Assembly (NCBI RefSeq): GCF_001194135.2
Contig: NC_068983.1
Coordinates: forward strand, 32,639,684 to 32,703,683
DNA from: Octopus bimaculoides
Lineage: Eukaryota
Length of the DNA stretch: 64,000 nt
Reading direction: 5' to 3'
Of this stretch, positions 13,367-26,955 are shown one piece after another. A program made the translations under genes and the position numbers. The notes beneath the pieces are model-generated. The model was not told the DNA's origin and did no database searches. It worked only from the letters and a program-made list of their open reading frames with translations. Numbering within the stretch: position 1 is the first letter of the stretch; each line of letters opens with the position of its first letter.

Positions 13367-14033
13367 TTTTTTCTCCGTGTTTTTCTCCTTGTTTTTATAT
13401 ATATATATATATNNNNNNNNNNNNNNNNNNNNNNNNNNNNNNNNNNNNNNNNNNNNNNNNNNNNNNNNNNNNNNNNNNNNNNNNNNNNNNNNNNNNNNNN
13501 NNNNNNNNNNNNNNNNNNNNNNNNNNNNNNNNNNNNNNNNNNNNNNNNNNNNNNNNNNNNNNNNNNNNNNNNNNNNNNNNNNNNNNNNNNNNNNNNNNNN
13601 NNNNNNNNNNNNNNNNNNNNNNNNNNNNNNNNNNNNNNNNNNNNNNNNNNNNNNNNNNNNNNNNNNNNNNNNNNNNNNNNNNNNNNNNNNNNNNNNNNNN
13701 NNNNNNNNNNNNNNNNNNNNNNNNNNNNNNNNNNNNNNNNNNNNNNNNNNNNNNNNNNNNNNNNNNNNNNNNNNNNNNNNNNNNNNNNNNNNNNNNNNNN
13801 NNNNNNNNNNNNNNNNNNNNNNNNNNNNNNNNNNNNNNNNNNNNNNNNNNNNNNNNNNNNNNNNNNNNNNNNNNNNNNNNNNNNNNNNNNNNNNNNNNNN
13901 NNNNNNNNNNNNNNNNNNNNNNNNNNNNNNNNNNNNNNNNNNNNNNNNNNNNNNNNNNNNNNNNNNNNNNNNNNNNNNNNNNNNNNNNNNNNNNNNNNNN
14001 NNNNNNNNNNNNNNNNNNNNNNNNNNNNNNNNN

Positions 14034-14096
<63 letters not shown>

Positions 14097-14661
14097 TACA
14101 TACATGAATCCATGTCTGGCTAAAAACGTTTAATATCTATGGAATTTCTTAACATTCGATCAATTTATTTGCACGAATATTTCTGCCCTATTTATTTCAT
14201 TTGTCAAATATTTTTTCATTGCTGCTTTTTCTCTCTTTCACTTAAGCTTTGCAAAGGCAATCCACTCGCATAATTAACCTAATAATCTACCATTCGGCTC
14301 GAAACATCGATGAGTTCTCATTCGATTGAATATATAAAGCGTCCTCTCCGCTTCTTATACTATTCCATAAATAACTTTGTTGATGTCTGTACGTACTGAA
14401 AATAAATATTATCACTGTCATTGATTAATAGAAGGGCCATTTATACATTCTATTTTGCCTGTTTTCATATCTGCTATTGGTTTCTCATATTTTGAAATAA
14501 ATTTCACACCTGATATTACCATCAAAAACTGCTCGAAATGAAGCCTACATTAATGGAGCGTCTCATATAATTGCTTAGGGTTCTGATTCATACACAAAAC
14601 AAAATACACAAACATTAAAAATTTACTGTAACCTATTCTTTCACGGTAATATTTCAAAGGA

Positions 14662-14879
14662 GCACAAGGTGGCAAGCTGACAGAATCATTAGCACAGCGA
14701 ACAAAACACTTAGCGGCATTTCGTCTGACTAATTAGCTCTGAGTTCAAATTGCGCCGAAGTCGACTTTGCCTTGCATCCTTTTGGGTTCCATAAAATAAG
14801 TACTAGCAGAGCACTGGGGTCGATATAATCGACTTAGCCCACCCCCGAAATTGCTGGCTTTGTGCCAAAATCTGAAATC
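14662..14879 (+). mobile_element. SINE family A, full length, with 14-bp TSD
   Basis: Family A head, core and tail 1, flanked by AATATTTCAAAGGA at 14648-14661 and 14880-14893. Confidence 0.93.
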
Positions 14880-15893
14880 AATATTTCAAAGGACTATTTT
14901 AACGAAGTTTTTTTCCTATATTTAAAATGTTAACCGAAGTGTTTTGTAGCTAAAGTAAAGTATTTCGGAGAAAGATCTTGGGACAAGAAAGAGCTTGATA
15001 AAACCATGATTTAGAATAATTGAAGATATCGTGAAAGGTATGCACAGTTTGGCTATGCTTCTACGTAAAAATCTAGAAGAAATGAATCCCATATCTACTT
15101 AAGTTATGCTGTAAGCTAAAGAACAGACACATAATTTACAGTGTATGCGTTTGTTTACATCGAAAGGAACACAATAATAGCATAACAAGTAAGATTCTAT
15201 AGCAGTCAAACACTAGTCTTACGATCTTAAGACAGAACATATTGGAAATGAAGTTCAGTTACATTATTTCATGAGCATAAAGATGGTATGGGCATGGTTG
15301 GAATTCTTTTGCTCAAGAGACTGCTTGCTCGGGACTGCATTGATGTCAAACAACAACAATAAAGGGTTAATATATATACACATACACATATATTTATATA
15401 TGAAAGGTAACATAAGATTACACGCACATAAACACACACACATTCACATATACAAATTTATATATGAATGGTATTGAAAAATAAGATCTTTTGAAAACAT
15501 CTCTTGAAAGTAAAATCGACTAATTTCAAGTAGTAGCTCAAGAGAATATAAAGAAAAGGAAATTGATGACATTAATTAACTTCGATAATGACTTTAAAAT
15601 ATTACTTGTTGAAACATTATTGGAGAAAAAGTTCAGTAAGATTGAAATAGTGAAATCGGAAAAAATATGCTAATTGAAGTTTTGCTAAGATTAGTGTACA
15701 ATTTAAATACTAATTAATAAAGATGATATGCTGCAATGGGAATAAATCCCCCGTCAATTTATATTGTGGGCTAAGAATTCAAAACAAAAGAAGAAGAGTG
15801 TTTATTTTATTAAAACTGTTAAGAGAAAATAATCTTTATTCTATATTTAGGCACAAGGTCAGACATTTTTTACTTCATTTTTTGTCTATATAT

Positions 15894-15970
15894 GATGTGC
15901 GTTCCTCTAGCCTTCTTCCTGCAACCTTTCTGTTCTTCTGGCAGTTAATTCCGGTTATCAAGGTGTGTTG
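15894..15970 (-). mobile_element. R4/Dong RT fragment
   Basis: HLDNRN*LPEEQKGCRKKARGT matches the R4 RT motif HL....LPEEQKGCR...RGT. Confidence 0.6.
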
Positions 15971-16199
15971 TTTGTGTAGCGCAGGTTGTTTTCTTCTGTC
16001 GGATATCGGCCTTCTATGGTACATGTGGGTTTTGTTCATTTTGTCGGGTATTTACAGTATGAGTTTATTCTTGTATGATTTTGGAGGGCTGTTGCAGAGG
16101 AGGGGTGTTGCATAGTATTATTTTATAGTAATCAACTATGTTATAGTATTTATGATTATCTGTCCGCCGTTCTTTTGCTTGGTTTGGTTATGGGTTCCG

Positions 16200-16345
16200 T
16201 TAATTCTTCTTGTTCTTGTTCTTCTTGTTCTTGTTCTTCTTGTTTTTGTTCTTATTCTTCTTGCTCTTGTTGTTGTTGCTGTTCTTCTTCTTCTTCTTCT
16301 TCTTCTTCTTCTTCTTCTTCTTCTTCTTCTTCTTCTTCTTCTTCT
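16200..16345. repeat. (TTG)n/(TTC)n microsatellite
   Basis: Seen directly; lies just beyond the 3' end of the minus-strand Dong copy. Confidence 0.95.
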
Positions 16346-16354
16346 CACTTGCAT

Positions 16355-17502
16355 TATTATCTTTCAATTCTGTTTCCTTTTCTTGCTGAGTGCTTTCCTG
16401 ACACCTAGGACAGAGAAACGCACTGTATACATTTGTAGGCCACGAAACTAATCACACCAGATTGTTCATTTACAAAGTCATGTGATAGAAAAAAAGGGGA
16501 CAAAAGAGATAGAGAAAAAGAAAAAAAAACAAATATAAAAGTGAATAAAGAAAATAAATGGCAAAAAAGGAAGGAAATTTCACAGCGACAATGCTTTTCT
16601 CAATACGTGTGATAATTATTATGTGTGGTCTATTATCTTGTAACTACTTGTCCGTTTGAATAGGGAAGTCCCACAAAATCTTACAATTCTCTGACTCCAA
16701 TACACTTACGACTCGATGATTGTACCATGTGTTTCCATCTTCAAATCCCCATTTCTGACACAGTTTCCAGTGCAAAATATTTACAATCTGGTTGTGCCTC
16801 CATTTCTTATATTCTTCCGGTATCAACTTGGGGCAATCTTCCACAATATATGCCACTGTCTCGTCCCAAGTTCCACAAGATCTACATTTTTCCGACACCT
16901 TCTCTCCAAATATATTCTTTCTTAAGTAGTTTGTTTTTATCGCTTGATCTTGAGCTGTTACAATTAGGATCCCTGTTTCTATTTTTAATTGCTCTTTCTT
17001 TAACCAGGCCCAGGATTTTGTTCCACATACGTCTTCAGTGGCTCTCTATCATTGGCCATGAAGAAGTTTCTCTTCAATATGTCTGACGTGCTCTCTTTGT
17101 ATTTTATTCTTGTCCTTTTCTCGTAGTACGTGCTTCATCACCTTTTCTTTATTAACTGCCTTTATAGTTCTTTCTGTGCTGCTCTATAACTACTCTACTA
17201 GACTTTCTTCCCCATCAGTACACATTCTTCTACTGCTATTAAGCCTCTTCATGAAGTTGGAATTATAGACTGGACCAAAAACTATATAAAGAAAATTGAC
17301 AGAAAAACTAGGAAGTTGTTGAAGATGTATGGAACCCACCATCTGAAAGTTGATATCAACCGGCTTTACTGTCAAGTATCGACCCGTATGATAGTGCATT
17401 CGATACCAAAGAAATTGAAAAACCTCGAAATATCAGGATCTAACCGGAGAGTTGAAGAGACTGCTGAAAACCAAGACAACAATTATTCCTGTGGCAATTA
17501 GT
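16355..17502 (-). mobile_element. Rearranged R4/Dong LINE (RT thumb, zinc knuckle, RLE, 3' UTR)
   Basis: Minus 17250-16611: RGLIAVEEC..LHGQ..SWAWLKK..ETGILIVTAQDQAIKTNY..KCRSCGTWDETVAYIVEDC..WRHNQ..ILWDFPIQTDK..RPHIII. Then HVLRKALSL* (16609-16580) and 3' UTR. Plus 17253-17376: VGIIDWT..IDRKTRKLLKMYGTHHLKVDINRLY. Plus 17376-17502: PYD..KEIEK..KYQDL..ELKRL..TIIPVAI. Confidence 0.9.
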
Positions 17503-17929
17503 ATACACACACACATACACCCACACACACTCACACACATGCACGCACGCGCACGCACGCACATACATACATACACATGTATATATATATATATATGGTA
17601 AAAACAGACGTATGGATTATCTGGTATTGCTAGAGTTATTTCATTAGGAATTTTAATTTTGACGTAGGCATAATACAATTAGTTAGATTGTGTTATACGT
17701 TACACATCTCCCAACTCATTAGGCAATCAAGTAAGCAGCATCTTGTTAATTAATCAACAGATTATGAACAAGTCATTCCTCTACTTTATACATGTAGGTA
17801 TGCATGTATGCATGCATGAATGTCAATATTTATCTATCTATCTATCTATCTCTCTATGAGAATGAAATATACATATATATATCCTAATATGTAAACACGA
17901 TAGAACAAATTGGAGAAAAGAAAATAACA

Positions 17930-18060
17930 GCACTTGACTGATTCTTTATGTTCCAGACCTTGTAGTGATGGAAAGCAAAGAATCCCGTATCAGGGTTGAA
18001 CCGGGAACGTTAAGAATCTGAAGAAATGCTGCAATGCATTTTTCTGGCGTTTTAATGCTT
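17930..18060 (-). mobile_element. Highly degenerate SINE family A-like fragment
   Basis: GATGGAAAGCAAAG..GAACGTT..GAAATGCTGC..GCATTT loosely matches the family A core and head. Confidence 0.4.
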
Positions 18061-18667
18061 CTTCCATTCTACCGCCTCTACTTCTACTATAATTACCGCA
18101 ACAGCCATCGATCAGTAACATGAATAGCATCAAGTGTAGAATGAGCACTGAGAATCGCAATTAAATTACTTTAACCAAGAATATCACATTTCCGCCTTTA
18201 ATAAATTTAATGAATACTCTCAGATTGTAAATAGACGAAAATAATTACACAGTTCACATTCCGTTTAAAAGAGCAATTAATGTTTTAAAAATTAAATATA
18301 ATAAATGTTGGTTGATGCCGTCACAACGTAATGATTAGGTAAACTTGGCTCTCGTATTTTAGCCTGCCTGCCCAAATCAAAACTTCTTTGTACGTATAAG
18401 TTAAACACTTGTACTGACATACGCTCACACATAAATACACACTTACCTACAAGCTAAACTCGAAGGAGTTTTTACGTTGTCACTCGATCCTCTAGAAATA
18501 AGAGCCAACTTTCTCTAACATAACATTCTGCGTCTTAAACATTAAATCTCCGACGAACTCCATGGTTACGGTTAGAATACCTTTGATCACAGGTTTGATG
18601 GATAAAGGTCGATTTAAGACCGTAAAGCAATAACAACCCTTCACACATACATATACACAATTACGTA

Positions 18668-18720
<53 letters not shown>

Positions 18721-19337
18721 GTGTATGTGTGTGCATGTGTGTGTGTGCGCGTGCATTACCTAACCTTCACCTTAAACTAGTAATTAGTTAGCCCACTGAT
18801 TTGTCCAGCGTTTTCCTTTCCAACTGTTAAACACTAAGAAGATTCCTTCCGAACTCTCTTCTACTTAATGAACCCTGAGAAGCATCGGTATTATTTGTCG
18901 ATTAAATGGACTCATATACTTCATTTTACTTCATTTTAACGACCTCGTCAGAAAAAAAATACAAATTTAACCTTCGTTACATATACACTGACTATGTAGA
19001 CAAGAATTAAATACCGCAATGCATTCTCAAAAGCCGTAATGATTCTGTCAATCCGCTGCCAGAAACTCTTTTAAAAGTTGTGCTCTTTAACAGTAAATTA
19101 ATCATCCCTATGCTACACAATCCAAGTATATTTATATACTTTCTGAAATCTATTTTTCGATCTGCAGCAATATGTTTCTCAACAACAGAGTTACAAATAC
19201 TGTCATATATTCGTTTGTCTTCGTTGGAAAAATGTCAAACGAATCATGGAATTTGAGCCAAGTGATACGTTATTAATACAATGCAGTTAAGTCCAGTGGA
19301 AAAGCTTAAGTATGGTTGGATTCATAAACGTGTTCGG

Positions 19338-19396
<59 letters not shown>

Positions 19397-22142
19397 CCCC
19401 CCACATACACACCATTGAATATGCGTATGTGTGCATGCACTCACGTAGATACATATAACTATATAAAATAACATGCTCGCATACGCTCATTCATTTTGCT
19501 AGACATCAGTCTCCGCCCGCATTGAATTCATCAGTGCTGTCATCCAGGAGTGTTCAAACTGACTCGAGTTCCACATGCTCTTGCATGTGTTGAGCACACA
19601 TATATGGTGGTTGTTTTGCCAGCATGGACCAGCTTTCGTCTGTTCCTTTCTTGTAGTCAATGTACGGTATTGACTACAATTGAGCACTGGCTATCACAAT
19701 CTTTCTGTTAGTTTTCCTCCACTGGATACAGAGTATATTTCACTGTTTGATAATGACCTCTGTTTAGCTTTTTTTTTTTACTTCTCTAATGTCTGTGCCT
19801 AGTTTTTTTCTCTGCAGGAAATACTGCCTTAGGTAGTTCGATCTCGGATATGCACGCAGCGTCTTAGTTATGCTTTAGTTACCAAGCATTCAATGCCAGC
19901 AAACTTTGTTTGCAGGAGAACGTGATCGTTGGTCAGCTATTCAAATTATAAATTTCTCCTGTATACGTGTCATAGTCGTTATAGGTAGAAGGTTTCCAGT
20001 TGCGCTTTTTGTCTCCCCCATAAAGTCTAGCTTTCACAGTAACAAACGAGAGAAGATACAAGCATTGCTTCGTACACATCACATTTGATTTGACGGACAT
20101 ATTCTTATTGTTGTAGATGAACTTTCGTAGATTCAAATTGACCTTGTTCAAAATTTGTTTGCATAAAAAATTTTCTTAGTATGACTGCGAATTATGAGTT
20201 AATTTACATATCATTATGATAAATTTGGGGCTTGTGCCTACAGTAAAAAATATATCATTCTGATGAATATTTCATGATCTTTATTACGTTCACTTGTTCT
20301 TTAGAAATGGTTCACTTTGTATATAACCCGTTAGTATATATTCGACTTTCTTCAGTTATTTATTGCACTATATCACTTACTAATCTTTTACAATCTCTGA
20401 AATGAGTATATGGAAACAACGACGTTGTTCACAGACTTAACAAGGATAGTCAACTTTGGATTTCTATATTCCTATATTTTGATTTCGGGTTTCTCTCCGG
20501 TTTTGGAAATATACATATACATACACAAACGCATGCGCACACACAAACGCACACACACGCACACATGTGTTGAAGTAACGTCAATGATTCACTTTATAGT
20601 TATTCATATTTTCACACAAGGCAATCAAATCGGCTATGACAGACAAAATAAATAAATGAATCCTACCATCATACTTGACGATAATAAGACCACTATAACA
20701 ACTGATGACAATACACGAGAAAATTAATTATACTGGACTCACACAACGCATACACATTATCTTCATGAAGATTGTATCGATTAATCCTTTGTTCAATCTA
20801 TAGGTGGACATGAACTAAAAACTTTATGACTCTTAACACTTAATGATTGTTAAGAAGATGACTGTTCTATTCGTCGTGCAGTTTTATCACATTTTACATA
20901 GATATTACACATTAACTCACTAATCTAGCGACGGTTATATTTGCGTATTTCAACAGGTCAGTATTGCTCAGTAACTGGACGTGAAATCGCAGACTTCCGA
21001 CTTGAAGGCTAACACTTTATCTATCGAGTGATTCCTTTGTGATCTTAATAAATATTACTATAGTGATTATGTTATTTTTGAGACCCCCATCCAGTAAGAT
21101 AAAGAAACGAAAAATCTAATAATTCTACAGGAAATTCGAACAATATTTAATTGATGATGTTTGAATTCTATGAAAGGAAGTAGCAATTTTATCGATTACT
21201 GACGAATATAAAGTGCAGTAAATAATTAGTAACAACAATAACATCAACAACAAATTATCATTATATTCAAAAATAAAGGGAAAAAGTCATCTATCAAATG
21301 TATAATCTATACTTTAGCTTTTTCAGGAGAGTAAATTATTGAAAGGAAATTTGAATCATTATAATTATTTAAAAATTACTGTATTAATTGTTGAAGCACA
21401 AAATTAGTGCGCTTTTCATATTTATTTTCCGTTTTCAGAAAAAAAAGAAAGAAACTGGCTTTCTCATGAAAGTAGGGCACAACTCATTGAATTAATCGCA
21501 ATATGTATGTATGACTACATATGTATGTAAATATGTATGTGTGTGTGTATATATGCTATTTGCTTGGTACTTTAAATTCATCCGAACGAACTACAATTAA
21601 ATAACGAAAAACATAAAATTGTAAACAGATGTAAGCACAATACTTAAATTGTATTATTCAAAGACAACCTGATTTCCATATATTCATATACACACACATA
21701 CACACTCACATACACATACACACACAAATATACATGTTGTGTTAATGAATATATATATATATANNNNNNNNNNNNNNNNNNNNNNNNNNNNNNNNNNNNN
21801 NNNNNNNNNNNNNNNNNNNNNNNNNNNNNNNNNNNNNNNNNNNNNNNNNNNNNNNNNNNNNNNNNNNNNNNNNNNNNNNNNNNNNNNNNNNNNNNNNNNN
21901 NNNNNNNNNNNNNNNNNNNNNNNNNNNNNNNNNNNNNNNNNNNNNNNNNNNNNNNNNNNNNNNNNNNNNNNNNNNNNNNNNNNNNNNNNNNNNNNNNNNN
22001 NNNNNNNNNNNNNNNNNNNNNNNNNNNNNNNNNNNNNNNNNNNNNNNNNNNNNNNNNNNNNNNNNNNNNNNNNNNNNNNNNNNNNNNNNNNNNNNNNNNN
22101 NNNNNNNNNNNNNNNNNNNNNNNNNNNNNNNNNNNNNNNNNN

Positions 22143-22185
<43 letters not shown>

Positions 22186-22835
22186 GGGGGAGGGAAGCAA
22201 TTATGCAGATAAAAAAGTTAGATACATTAAATATATTAAATAAAATAGCTTAGGTATGAAATACACAATATGTATACATGCAAACCGAGAGGGATAAAAA
22301 GGTGGAGACTTTCAAATGATGAATTCTTAAGTATAGATATATATATATTCATATTAAATAGGTCCAACTTACGCAGAGTACAAACGACATAGAAAATTAA
22401 TGAGGTGGAACAAAGGTGTTATATGTCGACCAGCTGTTTCTGGAGGTTCAGAAATCCATAGTACTGTTGGTAGATGTGGATCATCAAAATATGTGACAGA
22501 AATGGATTCATTCAACATTGGATATGACAAGGCTCCATATATATTGTACGCACACACAAAAAACACACATACATGGCTACACCAACGCACCACAACGCAC
22601 CAACACGCATCTCTTCTCTCTCTCTCACGCACACACACACGCACATATGCGCACGCATGCATACACATGCACTACATATGCCTCATTTAATTATATACAT
22701 TTTTGCGTCGTAACTCCTTTATTATTATTAATATAACCAAAAAGATCGATTTTTGAAGTGTCTATCGTTTTTTTCTGCTACTTTGGTGATGATTTTTTTG
22801 AGTTAGCTTACCAATTATTTTTGTTGGTAGTTAAT

Positions 22836-22896
<61 letters not shown>

Positions 22897-23599
22897 GTGT
22901 ATTTCTTCTATCTTAATGAATAAAAATTCTTCTGATAGAATAAATGGGTTAATAGAAACCAATGTAGCAAAGAACACAAAATAACTGTGGTTAGCTCCTG
23001 TTTTTAAGGCAGGAACTCCTTGAAATGTTGGGTATTTGAGTATATTTAAGAATTTAAGGATTGGAGAAAACGCATGTTATAATTGCATACTTTATTCCTA
23101 CATATGTTTCAAAGGATTACAACCTGTGTGATCCATAGGGATCTTTGATATTAAAATTGTAACCTTCTCATCAGGCAGAGTCCAATTCTCTAACGGTTTT
23201 TTTCAAATGAATCAAGTCATAACCTTATCCATCTATTGTTTTCATAATCGGTCATAATGCCTTACGTTTAAGATGATTCCCATGCTTTCCCATAACAAAA
23301 CGTACTGATACAATACAATATTCCCCCCCGCCAAAAAAATGCAACACACACCAACTTCACCAACACAAAGGTGCAACAAATGATGCAATAGAAATTTGCT
23401 AGAAATTTTCAGATGCTGAGAAATAATACTGGTGATGACGATGTTGACGAACGTTACCTTACCTCAGTTTGTGAGAGACAGGAGTTTCCGAAAAGCTGGT
23501 TGTAATAGCGAAAATAAAGCTACACCTTTAAGGAAAGGCCTCTCGCTCGGCAGTGGATCAGTAAAGATACAGACTGACCCCCAGCTGTCATCTTAATAC

Positions 23600-24185
23600 A
23601 GCATCAGTAGATGATAGAGCAAGGAGTAGGAAGTGGACTAGCGAAGAAAACAGGATAGTGATACATTGCTACTTAGAAAGTGAACCTAAAATAAGGGGCT
23701 AGAGAAAACGGATGTTAACACTTTGGGTAGAGAAGGGTATGTTTAAAGTGACTAAGCAGAGATTAGTTGATCAAGCTAATGCTATTAGGAGAAGAAAGTG
23801 GATGGCAAAATTGGAGGAAGAAGAGATCACAAGAGAACTGGAAAAGAAAGACCAGACAGTGGGAAAGATAAAGAGTAACAAGGGATAAATCTCAAACCAA
23901 AGAAGAACCTGAGGAAAACAAATAATAATAGCGATACCATTAAGGAAGAGACAACTGGCACCAACGACTTAAGTGGTTCAAGCGAGGAAGATCAAAAGAT
24001 TTTAGATGGGTTGCAGGAAGTAATGAGTAAACAAGATTGCCAGCATTAAAATACATTAACAAAAGGAAGCTGTTACATATGACTAGGAAAGTAGATTCTG
24101 TAATCAGTAGGATAGATACTAGAAATATAGAAGACACCAACTTATTGATCTGTGCAGGAGGCGTAGTAGTCACCAGAAGATTAGA
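23600..24185 (+). mobile_element. R4/Dong ORF N-terminal region (Myb-like domain and following conserved block), pseudogenised
   Basis: RKWTSEENRIVIHCYLESEPKIRG*RKRMLTLWVEKGMFKVTKQRLVDQANAIRRRKWM (stop 23700-23702), then RLPALKYINKRKL..KVDSVISRIDTRNIEDTNLLICAGGVVVTRRL. Both are typical R4/Dong N-terminal blocks. Confidence 0.85.
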
Positions 24186-24591
24186 TATCTCACAGGGAAA
24201 GATTTAAAAAGAGCAAATGTGCAAAAACTGCTTTCAGCTGACCAGAAAGACACTCGGGTTTCAGTTGCACAAGATCTCTTTGATTGTGCCGAGAACGATG
24301 AAAAGTTTTTGAAAACTTTGTGTAGGCCTCTGAGCAGATATCGCCCAGCTTTTGGCAAAATTTGATGCGGATTCTCTACTTAGCTTTCTATGTCATGGTC
24401 AACGAGACCATCACACGCTACACACCTTCTTTCCAAACACTGCTGTAAAAGTGGAAGTGAGCTAGAACATTAAAACTTAGTGCGCATGCACAGCAGAATT
24501 CAAGGTCAATCTGAACCAAGCGGCTTCACTATCAATGCTTTAGCTTCGTTTCTATAGAAACAGTCCGGATACTTATAGATTAGACCACGTA
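24186..24591 (-). mobile_element. Mariner transposon 5' end with an inverted internal fragment
   Basis: Minus strand TIR TACGTGGTCTAATCTATAAGTATCCGGACT (24591-24562); ATG at 24396 reads MT*KAK*RIRIKFCQKLGDICSEAY (HTH start). Plus strand 24213-24319 reads ANVQKLLSADQKDTRVSVAQDLFDCAENDEKFLKT (WVP-linker region). Confidence 0.85.
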
Positions 24592-25532
24592 ATACTAAAA
24601 AAAAAAATTGCAGATTCCTGTTTTATTATAAAAATTTTGTTACGTAGACACAAGTCTTTAAATTTTTGAAGAGAGAAAGTCAATTATACCGAACCTTGCA
24701 ATTGTTTCGTACCTCATTTTATTGCCTTGGATTGTTAAAAAGAACGTAAGCGTCATCCGTGTTGGAATTCAAATGCAATAAGATGTAGCCTAGCGCAAAA
24801 TAATTTGTCCAATAATCTATCGTATCTGTAAGTCTACCACTTTACCCCCTAGTAATGATTTCCAGCTATGGCATGAGATTTTAACTTTGGGGATGGGTTA
24901 ATTATAGTGATCCCCTTAACTGATTGCATGAAAAAAAAATGTTGACCTCGTAGCGTAGAGAGACAGAACAAATAATGTAAAACATTTTGTACGACGCTCT
25001 AACGATTCAACCAATCACCGCCCTTTTAGAAATCATTGAAGAAGATACAAAACAAACATTCCGAGTTTTCACTACTTTATCGCTTAAAGCAATTATGTCA
25101 AGTAAAAATGATGGGGAAAAAAGCTTGCAATTTGTTTTCATTTCAACGTGGAATTTATTAAAACATGAATAACAGAAATTACCAGAACTAAAATATGAAG
25201 CATAACAAATACTAAAAATAGAAAAAGCCATTTTTTTTTTAGCAATATGAAAAATTATGAAATGATTGAATATTAATTTATTTTTATTCAGTTTTTGCTT
25301 GATAATGTTTGTATAATGACAAAGATATAGAAGAAAGTGAGAGGAGAGAAAGACGGGAGAGACAGAGATTGAAATAGATAGAGGGAGAGAGAGAGGAGTG
25401 GGGAGAGAGAACATGAGTTTCTGAATGTGAATAAGAATGAGAACACAAATACTTCCAGACAAAGATGCCAATTGTTAGTTGCCATAATGCTGAACATCAT
25501 TTGCTGCAACAGTATGTTTTGTCTTTATGTAT

Positions 25533-25681
25533 AGGCGCAGCGTGGCCGTGTGGTAAGAAGCTTGATTCCCAACCACATGGTTCCGGGTTCAATCCCACTG
25601 CGTGGCGGCCTGAGGCCGACCAAAGCCTTTTGAGTGGATTTGGTAGACGGAAACTCAAAGAAGCTTGTCGTATATATATAG

Positions 25682-25725
<44 letters not shown>

Positions 25726-25726
25726 A

Positions 25727-25766
<40 letters not shown>

Positions 25767-25882
25767 TGTTTATGTGTATGTGTATGTGTGTGTGTATGTG
25801 TGTGTGTATGTGTCCGTGTATATACCCTTACCATCGATTGACAGCCGATGTTGGTGTGCTTACGTCCTCGTAACTTAGCGGT
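25533..25882 (+). mobile_element. tRNA-derived SINE family B with internal (TA)/(TG) microsatellite; internally deleted, 3'-truncated
   Basis: AGGCGCAGCGTGGCCGTGTGGTAAGAAGCTTG..GGTTCAATCCCACTGCG..GTGGATTTGGTAGACGGAAACT..microsatellite..GATGTTGGTGTG..TAACTTAGCGGT. Confidence 0.9.
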
Positions 25883-26889
25883 GAGACCTTTTCCTAGTCA
25901 TTCAGTACCTGATCGGCTACTTCAGCTGTACCCTAATTACTGAATGGAAATAGCTTCAAGAGTTATTATCTGGCGTTATCTCATTGCTTTGGTGCACATG
26001 ACCTGGTTGCCAAATTATAATTAGAACTAGTTTCGCTTGCTTTTTGAAGCAAAATATAATCATAGTTTACAGCACGTCTGAAATTTCCAAGAAAGTTATC
26101 AACAAGAGGTTAGTAACCTTTGGATCATACCATATCTTCAGATATTGTCCCAACAGAGTTGAAGGAAACTTATTGAATCTCACAATATGAAAATATTTGG
26201 TGTTATATGTCGTGAAAATAATTTCTATTCTTTCTAAATGACAGGGTAAAATTACAGTTATTATAATGAAGTTGACGACGAAAGAGAGGAAGAGCAAAAT
26301 CTTTGAAAATGAGAGAACGTTGACCACGCCAAGAAGGAAAGTAAGCTTGAGAAACAAAATGTGAGAAGAAGTAGTGACTATGTTGCTGTGGAAAATGACT
26401 GGAACTGTCAAACGAGCCGAATAGATGGTCAATGACTTACGAATATTAAGCGTCTACCATTGTTTTCTCAGAATGATTAATGCCAAATCAAAATAATCAT
26501 ATAACATTCACAACTGTACTGAAATATTTATTACGACATTATAGATAGTATTCAGTGTTTGGCACAGACTAAAAGCAGTCGAGCTGTATAATGTCTGAGA
26601 AAATCAATGCAAAGATGATTTCAAATTTAATGATTGCTTTCGTTACAAGATGGTGACCATGAGGATGTTGGTATCTTGTGTGCATCTCAGTTGCAGTACA
26701 CAGATACATACAGACACATAGCTCCCGCTCATATATATATATATATATATATATGTGTATATATATATNNNNNNNNNNNNNNNNNNNNNNNNNNNNNNNN
26801 NNNNNNNNNNNNNNNNNNNNNNNNNNNNNNNNNNNNNNNNNNNNNNNNNNNNNNNNNNNNNNNNNNNNNNNNNNNNNNNCACACACGCA

Positions 26890-26955
<66 letters not shown>

